Below, piece after piece: positions 20,301 to 29,605 of a stretch of 58,232 nt of DNA. A program made the position numbers and the translations under genes. A model generated the notes under the pieces. That model saw only the letters and a program-made list of their open reading frames with translations, was not told the origin of the DNA and did not search any database. The stretch is from Candidatus Sulfobium sp. (GTDB lineage Bacteria; Nitrospirota; Thermodesulfovibrionia; Thermodesulfovibrionales; UBA6898): contig JARRRI010000017.1 in NCBI GenBank assembly GCA_037380845.1, positions 1 to 58,232 on the forward strand, read 5' to 3'. The number at the start of each line of letters is the position of its first letter. The first letter of the stretch is position 1.

Positions 20301-22561
20301 GCCGGGATCAGCTTGATAAGTCTCGACATGGCCGGCGTAAAACGCTTTACGCGAAGCTGATGGTCGAGGAAGACGGTGGGAATATTGGTGCTTGCAAGGA
20401 AATTATTCAGATCGTTGTTGGTCCCTTCCTGTTCCTCAATCTTTGACTGGAGCTGCGCATTCACGGTAATAAGCTCCTCATTAAGGGACTGGAGTTCCTC
20501 CCTGGAGGTCTCCAGCTCTTCATTCGCCGCGTAAAGCTCTTCATTGGATGACTGCTGTTCTTCATTGAGGCTTTTCAGCTGCTCGATGTTGCTCTGAAGT
20601 GCATCCCTCGTCGCAGCGAGTTCGCTTTCGAGTTGACGGACAGCCGTTTCTTCTGCTTCACCCGCTTCACAAGGGGTGCCCGTCCGTTCGGAAGGCACCC
20701 CTTTTTTGTCATCTTTCTGCCTGAAGACGACCAGGAAAAGGTTTTCCGTCAATTTTGACAGCCGTATTAAAACCCCCCGCTTATTTCCGTCATCACCCTC
20801 GATGCCGGTCCTGATTGAGACGGGGCGGCCCTCGCTTGTGACCCGGTAAAGAGCGCCGCGAATTCTGCTCCGCAGTTTTTCGGGAAGGAGTTCCAGGAGG
20901 CTCTGTGTGGGTGCCCCTCTGGGCTGGCGCAGATATCTGTTCGTCGGCCCATTACTGTAAACGATATGATGGTTCTGGTCGATTGCTACCGCTGCAGGAG
21001 CATATTCTTCAAGGAGCGCCCCCTGAACAAATCCGACCAGGGAACGCCGTTCTTCCGCCTCGGTCCGCTGTGAAGACGATGATATGGTCCGCTCTTCAGC
21101 GAATGGAGCCCCCAGCGGCGGTCTCGAGGAACCCGCCGTCCCGATCTTCAGGTAAACACGGCATTTCTTGTGACCAACAGATTTGAAAAGGTCGCCGCTC
21201 CTGTTTGCCGACTCCGCGTTGCCCAGGAAAAGATACCCGCCGTCCACAAGAGCATAATGAAAAAGGGCTATGCATTTTTCCTGGGCGTCAGGCTCCAGAT
21301 ATATGAGAAAGTTGCGGCAGATAACAAGATCGAGACGGGAAAAGGGCGGGTCGGAAAGCAGGTCCTGCCTGGCGAACACAACCCGTTCACGAACCTCCTT
21401 GTTTATGATAACGGAGATGCCGTCTTCAGAACACGTGAAGAACCTCTTAATGTAGTCGGCGGGAATATCTGCCGTGATGCTGCCGGGGTACTTGCCTTCC
21501 CTCGCTTTTTCGAGTGCCCGGTCGTTCACGTCGGTAGCGAAGACCTGCACCTCCCTCTTCCTGCCGGCCAGTTCAAGCTCCCGGCTGAGCATCATGGCAA
21601 TGGAATATGCCTCCTCCCCGGTTGCGCAGGCCGGGCTCCATACTCGTATGGGACCGGCTTTGTCCGCGGCGACGAGTTTTCTCACGGCCTCTATCTTCAG
21701 GGCCTTCCATGCCACCCGGTCACGGAAGAACGAGGTAACGCCTATCATCATGTCGGAAGCCAGCGCTGAAGCTTCTTCATCCTTGTCGGCCACTATATCC
21801 ATATATTCTTTTACGGAAGAAATGCCGTGAAGGTACATCCGTCTCCTGACCCTCCGGGAGACGACGCTCTTCTTGTAGTGGTTGAAACGGCACCCGGTCT
21901 TCTCGTAGATTACTCCCAGGATGGCCCCGACCTCCAGGGGGGTTATGAGTTCCTCTTCCCGGACCGAGAGGGTCTTTAATACTTCGCGCGCGATATCCTC
22001 AGGCGGCAGCACCCTGTCCACCTGTCCCGTATTGACGGCAGAAAGGGGCATTCCCGGGAACTCGGCGGTTTCCGGATCCTGGACAAAGACATTTCCACCC
22101 ATGGCCCTGACGGTCTTGACTCCCCGGGCTCCGTCCGTACCGGCACCCGAGAAGATAACAGCTGTCGCGCGTTCTCCGGCATCTTCAGCCAGTGAAACAA
22201 GGAATTCATCAATAGGGAAATGAACATGCCCCTCCGTCGGAGCGGTTACACGGAAGACGCCCTGCTCTATCTTCATCTCCCGCCCCGGCGCACACAGATA
22301 TAACCGGCCCGGAAAGACTTCCATGCCTTCCGCTATTTCTTCTATATGGAGGTCCGGCCTTCGAGAGTGGAGTAGATCCGGAAGAAGACTCTTATGCTTT
22401 GTCGAAAGATGCTGGACAAAGACCACCGCAAACCCGAACTCCTTCGGCAGGGCGGCAATAAAACACTGCAGAGAGTTAAGGCCTCCCGCTGAAGCGCCTA
22501 TGCCGACTATGGGGAATTCAGCGCCCGGTTTCCTGTCATCCGTCCTTAGTTTCGGTTCCAT
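17378..22561 (-). CDS. CheB/CheR fusion multi-PAS GAF histidine kinase
   Basis: CheB GASAGG/QH/GTDG; CheR ACATGEEAYS and CRNFLIY; coiled coil; several PAS/PAC; GAF; H-box SHDLRAPLR; HATPase NLLGNSWKF, DNGAGF, GTGIGL. Confidence 0.95.
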   Translation of the reverse strand: MEPKLRTDDRKPGAEFPIVGIGASAGGLNSLQCFIAALPKEFGFAVVFVQHLSTKHKSLLPDLLHSRRPDLHIEEIAEGMEVFPGRLYLCAPGREMKIEQGVFRVTAPTEGHVHFPIDEFLVSLAEDAGERATAVIFSGAGTDGARGVKTVRAMGGNVFVQDPETAEFPGMPLSAVNTGQVDRVLPPEDIAREVLKTLSVREEELITPLEVGAILGVIYEKTGCRFNHYKKSVVSRRVRRRMYLHGISSVKEYMDIVADKDEEASALASDMMIGVTSFFRDRVAWKALKIEAVRKLVAADKAGPIRVWSPACATGEEAYSIAMMLSRELELAGRKREVQVFATDVNDRALEKAREGKYPGSITADIPADYIKRFFTCSEDGISVIINKEVRERVVFARQDLLSDPPFSRLDLVICRNFLIYLEPDAQEKCIALFHYALVDGGYLFLGNAESANRSGDLFKSVGHKKCRVYLKIGTAGSSRPPLGAPFAEERTISSSSQRTEAEERRSLVGFVQGALLEEYAPAAVAIDQNHHIVYSNGPTNRYLRQPRGAPTQSLLELLPEKLRSRIRGALYRVTSEGRPVSIRTGIEGDDGNKRGVLIRLSKLTENLFLVVFRQKDDKKGVPSERTGTPCEAGEAEETAVRQLESELAATRDALQSNIEQLKSLNEEQQSSNEELYAANEELETSREELQSLNEELITVNAQLQSKIEEQEGTNNDLNNFLASTNIPTVFLDHQLRVKRFTPAMSRLIKLIPADAGRPIADMSRDHLGPDLMKDSRAVLEHLSPRKREFRVGNTWYIRTILPYRTSDNRIEGVVITYTDTSDLRRAEVRTRHLASFPQLDPNPIIEVDSSGKIIFSNGAAQEVLEVLGMDSADCSVFLPADFDGILKELGRKEGKTFRREISIKDRVFSESVHLVPQSDAVRIYAFDITERKRGEELRGRLSAIVQSAEDAIISKDLDGVIQTWNVGAEKIFGYAAEEVIGKNISILVPPGRHDEVPDILRRIAKGEHIERYETLRRRKDGKIIPVSLTYSPIRDANGKVVAASKIAHDISDRKNTEETLRESEGRLRAALESAEMGTWDVDVERGTVDWDVRCRNIFGLPDRGTVPLEVALSRIVEEDRDRVRKKIEAAVAPSSDGKYDIEYRVLGLGDRLQWIRATGQTFFEGSGEDRRAKRFIGVVMDMTERRRAEEALRESEEQFRTVADAIPQLCWTADADGYITWYNKRWYEYTGTTPEQMEGWGWQMVHDPEVLPEVMEKWKESIASGEPFEMEFPIRGADGIFRTFLTRILPLKDTSGRVLKWFGTNTDISTLKKAGEELKKSLGRFELLTTTAGELLQSSEPQKAVESVCRKVMEHLDCDAFFNFLVDEEAGRLHLNAWAGIPEGEAKKIEWLDVGSAICGCVAADGRRIVAEHIASTADERTDVVKSYGINAYCCHPLLGPGGKVIGTLSFGTCNRETFSEEDLSLMKAITDQVAVAVVRMRNEADVLKLGEEMAARNVELETVNNELESFIYSISHDLRAPLRSMAGFARILIEDYTETLDQQGLDYLARIHRGSEKMTRLIDDLLHLSKISRQEIERADVDVTKMAHSVVSELREGEPGRSVEVVIQDGLSAVADRRLTEIVLSNLLGNSWKFTSGTDNARIEFGAFEREDGQTVFYVKDNGAGFDPDYAEKMFWPFQRLHSEKEFPGTGIGLTIVERIIRRHGGKIWAEGGIGKGAAFYFTVE

Positions 22562-22811
22562 AAGGCATCGCGGTAGTAGATTCTCATAATTCTAACACAA
22601 GGCGGACGTTAAAAATTAGGTAGTGTCGGTGTCAGCTGATTTGTGTGGGTTTTGGGAACATTCTGCTACCGGACCCCTCGCCGATACGGGCGCCCTGTCC
22701 GGATAGGAGCGTCAGCCCCCGCTTATTTTAAGCTGTCGCTAATCACAGACACTGTCCGGTCGCTCCGGAGTGAAACCAGCAGGAATCGCTCAAATTAGGT
22801 CATAATAATAC

Positions 22812-23897
22812 ATGAAAAAGCGCTTCTCGGTAATCATTCCCAACTATAACGGGGCCGATACGATAGGGGAGTGTCTGGAAGCGGCCTTTTCTTCCGGTCA
22901 CGGAAATTTCGAGGTGATCGTGGTCGATGACTGCTCCGGCGATGACTCGGTCCGGATTGTCAGCCGGTTCCCCTGCAAACTGGTCCGCCTTCACAAACGC
23001 TCCGGGGCCGCAGCAGCCAGGAACATCGGTGCACAAAAGAGCGTCGGCGAAATTCTCTTCTTCACCGATGCGGACTGCCTGCTGCAGCCGGACACCCTTT
23101 CCACAGCGGATGCGGCAATAAGAGGCAGGGAAGACACCGTTCTTGGCGGGACTTACACAAAGGTTCCGCATGACCGTGATTTCTTCAGCTTCTTCCAGTC
23201 GGCTTTCATAAATTATTCCGAGACGAAAAAGAAAGAACCGGCCTACATAGCAAGCCATGCCATGGCGATCAACCGCGAACTTTTCATGAAAAGCGGCGGG
23301 TTTCCGGAGAACTTCCTTCCCATTATCGAAGACGTCGAGTTCAGCCACAGGCTCCTCAGGTCCGGGACAAAACTGGAGATGGCCCCCGGCCTTGTTGTGC
23401 AGCACATTTTCCGTTTTTCATTCCTGAGGTCTCTCGCCAACGCCTTCAGGAAGTCCAGATACTGGACCGTCTATTCACTGGGCAACGGGGACCTGCTCAG
23501 CGACTCGGGGACGGCCTCATCGGAGTTGAAGACAAACGTCGTATCGTGCTTTGCATCGCTCGGTCTCGGCATGCTTTCCCTGCTATTTCAAAAGGGAGGC
23601 CTTTTGTTGCCGGTCCCCTTTATTTTTGCCTTGAACGTCTTTGCCAACAGGAGATTATTGTCGGCCTTCTATTCGACCGGAGGGCCTGTATTTTTTATGA
23701 AAACCGCATTCTATTACATGCTGGTTTATCCTCTGGCCGTGGGGGCAGGCTCGGTGGCGGGACTGCTCGGATACTACTCACCGGTGTCTTCATTCAGGCG
23801 TAAAACGCGCGGGCAGGATTTCGCAGACAATCATGAAAGGAACGGAGCGGAATCTGCGGACGGTGCTCCTCTGCAACAGGGGGTAAGAGATGAATAG
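22812..23897 (+). CDS. Glycosyltransferase family 2 with C-terminal TM helices
   Basis: SVIIPNYN, VVDDCSGD, AAARNIG, FTDAD, IEDVEF. Confidence 0.92.
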   Translation: MKKRFSVIIPNYNGADTIGECLEAAFSSGHGNFEVIVVDDCSGDDSVRIVSRFPCKLVRLHKRSGAAAARNIGAQKSVGEILFFTDADCLLQPDTLSTADAAIRGREDTVLGGTYTKVPHDRDFFSFFQSAFINYSETKKKEPAYIASHAMAINRELFMKSGGFPENFLPIIEDVEFSHRLLRSGTKLEMAPGLVVQHIFRFSFLRSLANAFRKSRYWTVYSLGNGDLLSDSGTASSELKTNVVSCFASLGLGMLSLLFQKGGLLLPVPFIFALNVFANRRLLSAFYSTGGPVFFMKTAFYYMLVYPLAVGAGSVAGLLGYYSPVSSFRRKTRGQDFADNHERNGAESADGAPLQQGVRDE

Positions 23898-23945
23898 CCC
23901 TCGTGTCGCACCTGTCAGCGGCCTGCAGCCGGGGGGAGGCTGCTG

Positions 23946-25034
23946 ATGTATTCACCTTTCCGGCATGCAGGCTCCATCGTATGGAAAAGAAGGCCCATCC
24001 ATCTCACCTTCTTTCTTACGAGAAGGTGCAACTCCCGGTGTCCCTTCTGTTTCTATCTCGCGAATGCCGACTCAGCGTCCAGGGCGGAGGAACTCACACT
24101 CGATGAAATACGCAGAATATCCAGCTCGCTCGGCAAGCTGCTGTGGCTGGCTTTTTCAGGCGGAGAAATCTACCTCAGGGACGACCTGGTCGATATCGCC
24201 GATACCTTTTATGTCAACAACAGGCCGCCTATCATGCTTTTTCCTACAAACGGCATGCTCCCGGCCATTATCAGGGACCGGACCGAAAGGATATTGAAAA
24301 ACAGCCCCAGGAGCGTGGTAGTCGTTAAACTGTCTCTCGACGGCATAGGGACCTGTCACGACGAAATCCGTGATACGCCGGGAAGCTTCTCCAACACGAT
24401 GGAGACCTATTGCCTGCTCGCGGAACTGCTCGACGGTTACTCAAATTTCGAGCTGGGGGTCAATACCGTCTTTTGTTCGGAAAACCAGGACAAGATGGAT
24501 TCGATAATCGACTTTGTCGGGAACCTTCACCACATAAAGACCCACACCATTTCACTGGTACGTGGAAACCTCGCCAACCGGGAACTCAAAAATGTGGACT
24601 TCGGCAAGTATCTCCAGGCGGCGGGAAGACTGGAACGGAAACTCAAGACGGGCAAGTCGGCGATTTATCGCTTCCGCGGCGCAGGGATCAAGGCGGCCCA
24701 GGACATCCTGCAGCGCAAGTTGATCCACCGGACAATGATGGAGAAGAAGAGCCTGCTCCCCTGTTACGCGGGACGGCTGAACCTCGTGCTTAACGAAAAA
24801 GGGGAAGTCTTTCCCTGCGAGATACTCGAAGAATCCTTCGGAAACGTAAGGGACCTTGATTATAGTATCGAAAAGGTCATTCGGTCGGTCAGGGCTGAAG
24901 AGATCAGGGATTTTATCGGCTCCGGCCGTTGCTACTGCACGCACGAATGCTACTTCATGACGAACATACTGTTCAATCCCGCGACTTACCCCGGGCTCAT
25001 CAGGGAATACGTCCGGCTCAGGCGACTACCGTGA
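23946..25034 (+). CDS. Radical SAM protein with SPASM/twitch-like auxiliary cluster domain
   Basis: CNSRCPFC, SGGE, C-terminal CYAG...FPCE...CYCTHEC. Confidence 0.9.
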   Translation: MYSPFRHAGSIVWKRRPIHLTFFLTRRCNSRCPFCFYLANADSASRAEELTLDEIRRISSSLGKLLWLAFSGGEIYLRDDLVDIADTFYVNNRPPIMLFPTNGMLPAIIRDRTERILKNSPRSVVVVKLSLDGIGTCHDEIRDTPGSFSNTMETYCLLAELLDGYSNFELGVNTVFCSENQDKMDSIIDFVGNLHHIKTHTISLVRGNLANRELKNVDFGKYLQAAGRLERKLKTGKSAIYRFRGAGIKAAQDILQRKLIHRTMMEKKSLLPCYAGRLNLVLNEKGEVFPCEILEESFGNVRDLDYSIEKVIRSVRAEEIRDFIGSGRCYCTHECYFMTNILFNPATYPGLIREYVRLRRLP

Positions 25035-25307
25035 CCCCGGCAGGCGTGGTTCATCCCGGTAACAGGCCTTACCTTTTCGACGATTCTTCATGCGGGGTCC
25101 GCTTTCTCATCCGTCATTGAGCCGGGAATGCCCTCTTTCGGCCCCTGCCTGGCGGCAGGCTCTCCCAAAGGGGACGATTTCTTCCTTCGAAGGGGGAATT
25201 GGCAAACATTTGGGCCTTCATGTAAGAGATCCCCGGCGAAACCTCACGAAATTTTGGAATTAATATATAATAGACGGAAAAAAAGCAGAAAATTCAGGAG
25301 GTAATTT

Positions 25308-26483
25308 TTGAAACAGAAAGTTTTTGCCGAGATGGCCTCGCGTGTCAGGAATCTCCCGCCCTATCTCTTTGCGTCCATCGACAGGATGAAGCAGGAAGCC
25401 AGGGCGAGAGGAGTCGACGTAATAGATATGAGCATCGGCGACCCGGATACGCCCACCCCCGCGCACATAGTAGAGGCCATGAAAACGGCGGTCGAAAAAC
25501 CTGCCCACCACCGCTACCCTTCTTACGAAGGCATGCTGTCCTTCAGGGAGGCGGTTTCAGAATGGTACCGGAAACGTTTCGACGTGTCTCTGGACCCCTC
25601 AAGAGAAGTCCTTTCCCTCATAGGGTCCAAGGAAGGCATAGGACACGTTCCCCTCGCCTTTATTGAACAGGGGGACACCGCTCTTGTGCCTTCTCCAGGG
25701 TACCCGGTCTATCCCGTGTCCGTCCTGTTCGCGGGTGGAGAAAATTACATCATGCCCCTCCTGGAAGAAAACGGATTTCTGCCCGATCTCGAATCAATAC
25801 CGAAGGCTGTCCTGGAGAAGAGCAAGCTGATGTTTATCAATTATCCCAATAACCCGACTGCGGCCGTCGCCCCGGAGGCCTTCTTTGAAGAAGTGGTCGG
25901 AGTCGCAGAAAAATACAATATAATCGTCTGTCATGACGCCGCATACAGCGAGATCTACTTCGAAGGGGAAAAGCCTCCGAGCTTCCTGCAGACCCGCGGC
26001 TCCAGGTCAGTGGGCATAGAATTTCATTCCCTGTCCAAGACATACAATATGACGGGGTGGAGGATCGGGTTCGCAGTCGGCAACAGCGATGTAATAGCCG
26101 GTCTGGGAAAGATCAAGACAAACCTTGATTCAGGTATCTTTCAGGCCATTCAGGAAGCGGCAATCGTGGCGCTCCGGACCGAGGACAGCATTCTCTCGGG
26201 AATAAGAAACATCTACAGGGAAAGAAGGGACATACTGTTTCGGGGGCTGAAAGACATGGGTATCGGACTGTCAAAGCCCAGCGCGAGTTTCTACCTGTGG
26301 GCAAAGGTCCCGGCCGGCTTCGATTCGACGTCTTTCGTCGTTCACCTGCTCGAAAAGGCAGGAGTCCTGGCAACACCGGGCAACGGCTTCGGGGCCCCGG
26401 GCGAAGGATACGTGAGGTTCGCACTCACCGTTTCCGCAGAACGGATAAGAGAAGCCGTCGAGAGAATGGCCAGGTCTCTCTGA
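25308..26483 (+). CDS. dapL: Class I/II PLP aminotransferase, probable LL-diaminopimelate aminotransferase
   Basis: LPPYLFA, IGSKEGIGH, NYPNNPT, HDAAYSE, SLSKTYNMTGWRIG. Confidence 0.75.
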   Translation: MKQKVFAEMASRVRNLPPYLFASIDRMKQEARARGVDVIDMSIGDPDTPTPAHIVEAMKTAVEKPAHHRYPSYEGMLSFREAVSEWYRKRFDVSLDPSREVLSLIGSKEGIGHVPLAFIEQGDTALVPSPGYPVYPVSVLFAGGENYIMPLLEENGFLPDLESIPKAVLEKSKLMFINYPNNPTAAVAPEAFFEEVVGVAEKYNIIVCHDAAYSEIYFEGEKPPSFLQTRGSRSVGIEFHSLSKTYNMTGWRIGFAVGNSDVIAGLGKIKTNLDSGIFQAIQEAAIVALRTEDSILSGIRNIYRERRDILFRGLKDMGIGLSKPSASFYLWAKVPAGFDSTSFVVHLLEKAGVLATPGNGFGAPGEGYVRFALTVSAERIREAVERMARSL

Positions 26484-26499
26484 TTTTGGAGATTCCCGT

Positions 26500-26958
26500 G
26501 TGGCAAAAGCTTACATAGGTATAGGCTCCAACGTCGGCGACCGGCGCGGCAACTGCCTGAAGGCTGTCGACCTTCTCCGGCAGGACGGGCAGACCATACT
26601 CAAAAGCTCGCCCCTCCACGAGACGGAGCCATGGGGGGTAAAAGATCAGCCTCCCTTTATTAATATGGTCATAGAGATTGAAACCGCCCTCGCCCCGCAG
26701 GCACTCCTGGATCTCCTCAAAAAAACGGAAAAGGATATGGGGCGCGTATACACGCGTCACTGGGGTCCCCGGGTGATCGACCTCGACATCCTCCTTTACG
26801 GAGACCTTGTTATCACTGAGGAAAAACTCAAAATACCCCATCCCGGGATGCACGAACGCCCTTTTGTTCTCGAACCTCTGGCTGAAATCTCCCCGGAAAT
26901 AATCCATCCCGTCCTTCTCAAAAAAATACGCGAACTGCTCCGCGATCTGAAACGCTGA
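26500..26958 (+). CDS. folK: HPPK (2-amino-4-hydroxy-6-hydroxymethyldihydropteridine diphosphokinase)
   Basis: AYIGIGSN, WGPRVIDLDIL, IPHP..HERPFVLEPL. Confidence 0.96.
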   Translation: MAKAYIGIGSNVGDRRGNCLKAVDLLRQDGQTILKSSPLHETEPWGVKDQPPFINMVIEIETALAPQALLDLLKKTEKDMGRVYTRHWGPRVIDLDILLYGDLVITEEKLKIPHPGMHERPFVLEPLAEISPEIIHPVLLKKIRELLRDLKR

Positions 26959-27032
26959 AGGGGCCTCTTCTCTTTTCCCCGGAAGCCGCCATGAAACGCT
27001 ATTTTTAGCGGATCTAAACCTGTAATTTCAAG

Positions 27033-27062
27033 TTGAATATATCGGCGGCCTTATCATATACT
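27033..27062 (+). promoter_or_regulatory. Putative sigma70 promoter for the beta-propeller gene
   Basis: TTGAAT-18 bp-TATACT. Confidence 0.55.
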
Positions 27063-27180
27063 TAAGTTCAGAGTCTCAAAATAACCGAAAATCCAAAGGA
27101 GGTGATAGAAAGGCTGAATGAACATTAGGGTGAGGTAGAGGCACGTTTCAGAGAAAGATAAAAAAGGGGAGAAAGAAAGT

Positions 27181-28284
27181 ATGAGAAAACAATTTTCGGT
27201 CTTACTGGTTTTAGTGCTGGCGGCCGCCGGCTATATCGCGCTGAGCAGCAACCCTGGAAACACCATGGCTGCGAAGGGGCCCAAGGTCATAACAGCCAAG
27301 GTTATCAAGGCCAAGCCTGCGCCTACTTTTAACGGAATCGCTTACATCGCCGGCCACGGCGGACATCTGGCGATCATCGACATGAGAACGATGAAGCCGC
27401 CGACGGATATCGAAAAAGGCAGGATAGTACTTACGGAGGCAGGCTCCGAGATGGAAGGCAAGATCGCCGGCATGACCTTCGAGCAGGTGAAGAAGGCGGG
27501 CGGCTCCCACGGGCAGGCCCTCGTTCACGAGAAGGGACATAAGGTCCTTGTAGCCGGCACGCTGAACGGCGATGTCTACAAGGTCGACCTCGTCACCGGG
27601 AAAAAAGAAGGCCCCTTCAAGGTAGGCCAGAAATTCTGCGGCGCAATCGCCGGTCCTGACGGAAACATATATTTCGAAGACATGGCCGACGGCCACGTCT
27701 ACGTCTGGGACACGAAGACCCTGAAGACGGTCGACAAGATGCCGGCCGGCAAGGCTGTATGCGGTATCCAGTGGACCAAAAACGGCAAGAAGGCTTACAT
27801 AACCGACATGCCGACCGGTATCGTTTATGTTTACAACTGGAAGACGAAAAAGGAGATCAAGCAGATCAAGAGCCCTGAAGGCATGACGTTCATTCACCAG
27901 GCAAGGATGTCCCCTGACGGAAGATACCTCTGGGTCAGCGCTCCGAATGAATTCGATCCGGGTCTGAAGCCGGGCACTCACAAGAGCCAGGTGGTCATTA
28001 TCGACACCAACAGCGATACAGTGGCCAAGAGAATAATCCTTCCGGACAACATCAGACCGCACGACTTCGCGTTCACGCCGGACGGCAAATATGTGTTGCT
28101 CGCGTCCAGGACATATGGCGACGACAGCAAGCTCGTCGTTATGAACAGGAAGAATTACGAAGTGGTTGAAGAAGTGTCTGCATGCCTGTCATGCCACTCT
28201 AAATACGGCATTCAGGTAAGAATAGACAAGGGCTCGCCCCTTCTCTGCGGCATTGAAGTCGACTGGCATCCGGGTTCCAAGTAG
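27181..28284 (+). CDS. Secreted YVTN/YncE-like beta-propeller with His/Cys blade motifs and a CxxCH motif
   Basis: Signal peptide; blade repeats (GPDGNIY, SPDGRYLWVS, TPDGKYVL); CLSCH near the C-terminus. Confidence 0.85.
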   Translation: MRKQFSVLLVLVLAAAGYIALSSNPGNTMAAKGPKVITAKVIKAKPAPTFNGIAYIAGHGGHLAIIDMRTMKPPTDIEKGRIVLTEAGSEMEGKIAGMTFEQVKKAGGSHGQALVHEKGHKVLVAGTLNGDVYKVDLVTGKKEGPFKVGQKFCGAIAGPDGNIYFEDMADGHVYVWDTKTLKTVDKMPAGKAVCGIQWTKNGKKAYITDMPTGIVYVYNWKTKKEIKQIKSPEGMTFIHQARMSPDGRYLWVSAPNEFDPGLKPGTHKSQVVIIDTNSDTVAKRIILPDNIRPHDFAFTPDGKYVLLASRTYGDDSKLVVMNRKNYEVVEEVSACLSCHSKYGIQVRIDKGSPLLCGIEVDWHPGSK

Positions 28285-28307
28285 ACTTTCCAGTGTTATC
28301 AAAGCAA

Positions 28308-28340
28308 GGCCGGGGGCGCATGTCCCCGGCCCCTCTTTTG
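28308..28340 (+). terminator. Probable intrinsic terminator after the propeller gene
   Basis: ggccgggg-gcgcatgt-ccccggcc stem-loop followed by ctcttttg. Confidence 0.6.
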
Positions 28341-28398
28341 TGAAAACAGCTTGTTAGACTTTTTTTAATCCGCACATTATAATAACCACGGACAGACC

Positions 28399-29604
28399 AT
28401 GAAAAAGATAAGAATTTTCGGCTTGGCAACGAGGAACCTCAGAAGGAAGTTCATCCGTACTCTGGTGCTGTTGCTGATAGTGGGCGTCGTCACCGGCACA
28501 CTTCTCGGCGCAACCATCTTTATCAGCGGGATGCAGAACGCCCTGAAGATCGGCACCTATCGTCTCGGGGCAGACGTCCTGGTGGTCCCCGAAAAGGACG
28601 AGGCCAAGGCGAAGGCGGCCCTGCTGGCCGGCGAGCCCACGACCTTTTATATGGAAAGGTCGGTCCTCAACAAGGTGGAAAAAATCGAAGGGGTCAGGAG
28701 GGCGTCTCCTCAACTTTTCATCAAGCCTGCGTCCTTTACATGCTGCTATAATGTGGAGGCATTTCTGGTGGCCTTCGACCCCATCACGGACTTCACCATA
28801 AACCCGTGGCTCAAGAAGAACCTGAAAAAACCCCTGGTGGGCAACGAGGCCATAGCCGGCCGTGAGCTTCCGGTCATCGCCGGAGACACTATCCCCTTTT
28901 TCGGGACACCGTTCAATATTGTCGGAACGATGGAGCCCACCGGCATGAAGTTTTTCGACCGGTCGGTCTTCATGACCATGGATGCCGCTTATAGAATGGC
29001 GGCAAATTCGAAGACCAGGGCCATGCAGACCCTGGACCTCCAGAAGGACAAGATATCGGCCGTCCTCGTACAGGTGAAAGAAACCTGGCAGCCCGACAGG
29101 GTAGCTATACGCATAGAGCATGATGTAAACGGAGTAAAGGCTATTGCGTCCGATCAGGTCGTCAGCACCGTCCGCAAGCAGCTGAGCGGTCTTATGAGGG
29201 GAATACTTGTTATCAGTGCGGTGCTGTGGGTGCTCGCCCTTCTGATTATGGGCTTCGCCTTTTATATGATCGTGAACGAAAGACAAAGGGAATTGGGCCT
29301 ACTGCGCGCAATGGGGGCCAGGAAGGGACATGTCTTCCGCCTCATCGTGACGGAGGCGGTCATAATATCCCTGGCCGGCGGCATTTTCGGGATGGCCGCT
29401 GGCTCCACTCTCCTTTTCGCATCCAGAAAGATCATCATTCAGAGCCTGAAATTGCCATATCTCCTGCCTTCCGTACCGGTCCTTTCGGAACTCGTGGCGG
29501 GCGCAGTCATATTCTCTATACTTACGGGGCTGCTGGCATCTCTGCTTCCGGCCGTGTCCGCCAGCAAAAAGGAACCATATGAAGCGATCAGAAAGGGGGA
29601 ATAA
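28399..29604 (+). CDS. FtsX/MacB-type ABC permease
   Basis: RNLRRKFIRT, LGADVLVVP, ERQRELGLLRAMGA, LLPA...PYEAIR; TCC motif in periplasmic domain. Confidence 0.92.
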   Translation: MKKIRIFGLATRNLRRKFIRTLVLLLIVGVVTGTLLGATIFISGMQNALKIGTYRLGADVLVVPEKDEAKAKAALLAGEPTTFYMERSVLNKVEKIEGVRRASPQLFIKPASFTCCYNVEAFLVAFDPITDFTINPWLKKNLKKPLVGNEAIAGRELPVIAGDTIPFFGTPFNIVGTMEPTGMKFFDRSVFMTMDAAYRMAANSKTRAMQTLDLQKDKISAVLVQVKETWQPDRVAIRIEHDVNGVKAIASDQVVSTVRKQLSGLMRGILVISAVLWVLALLIMGFAFYMIVNERQRELGLLRAMGARKGHVFRLIVTEAVIISLAGGIFGMAAGSTLLFASRKIIIQSLKLPYLLPSVPVLSELVAGAVIFSILTGLLASLLPAVSASKKEPYEAIRKGE

Positions 29605-29605
29605 T

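Noticed and set aside
27181..28284. Propeller as NosZ or NirS
   Set aside because: Too short, with no CuA domain and no N-terminal cytochrome c domain; only a fold-level analogy holds.
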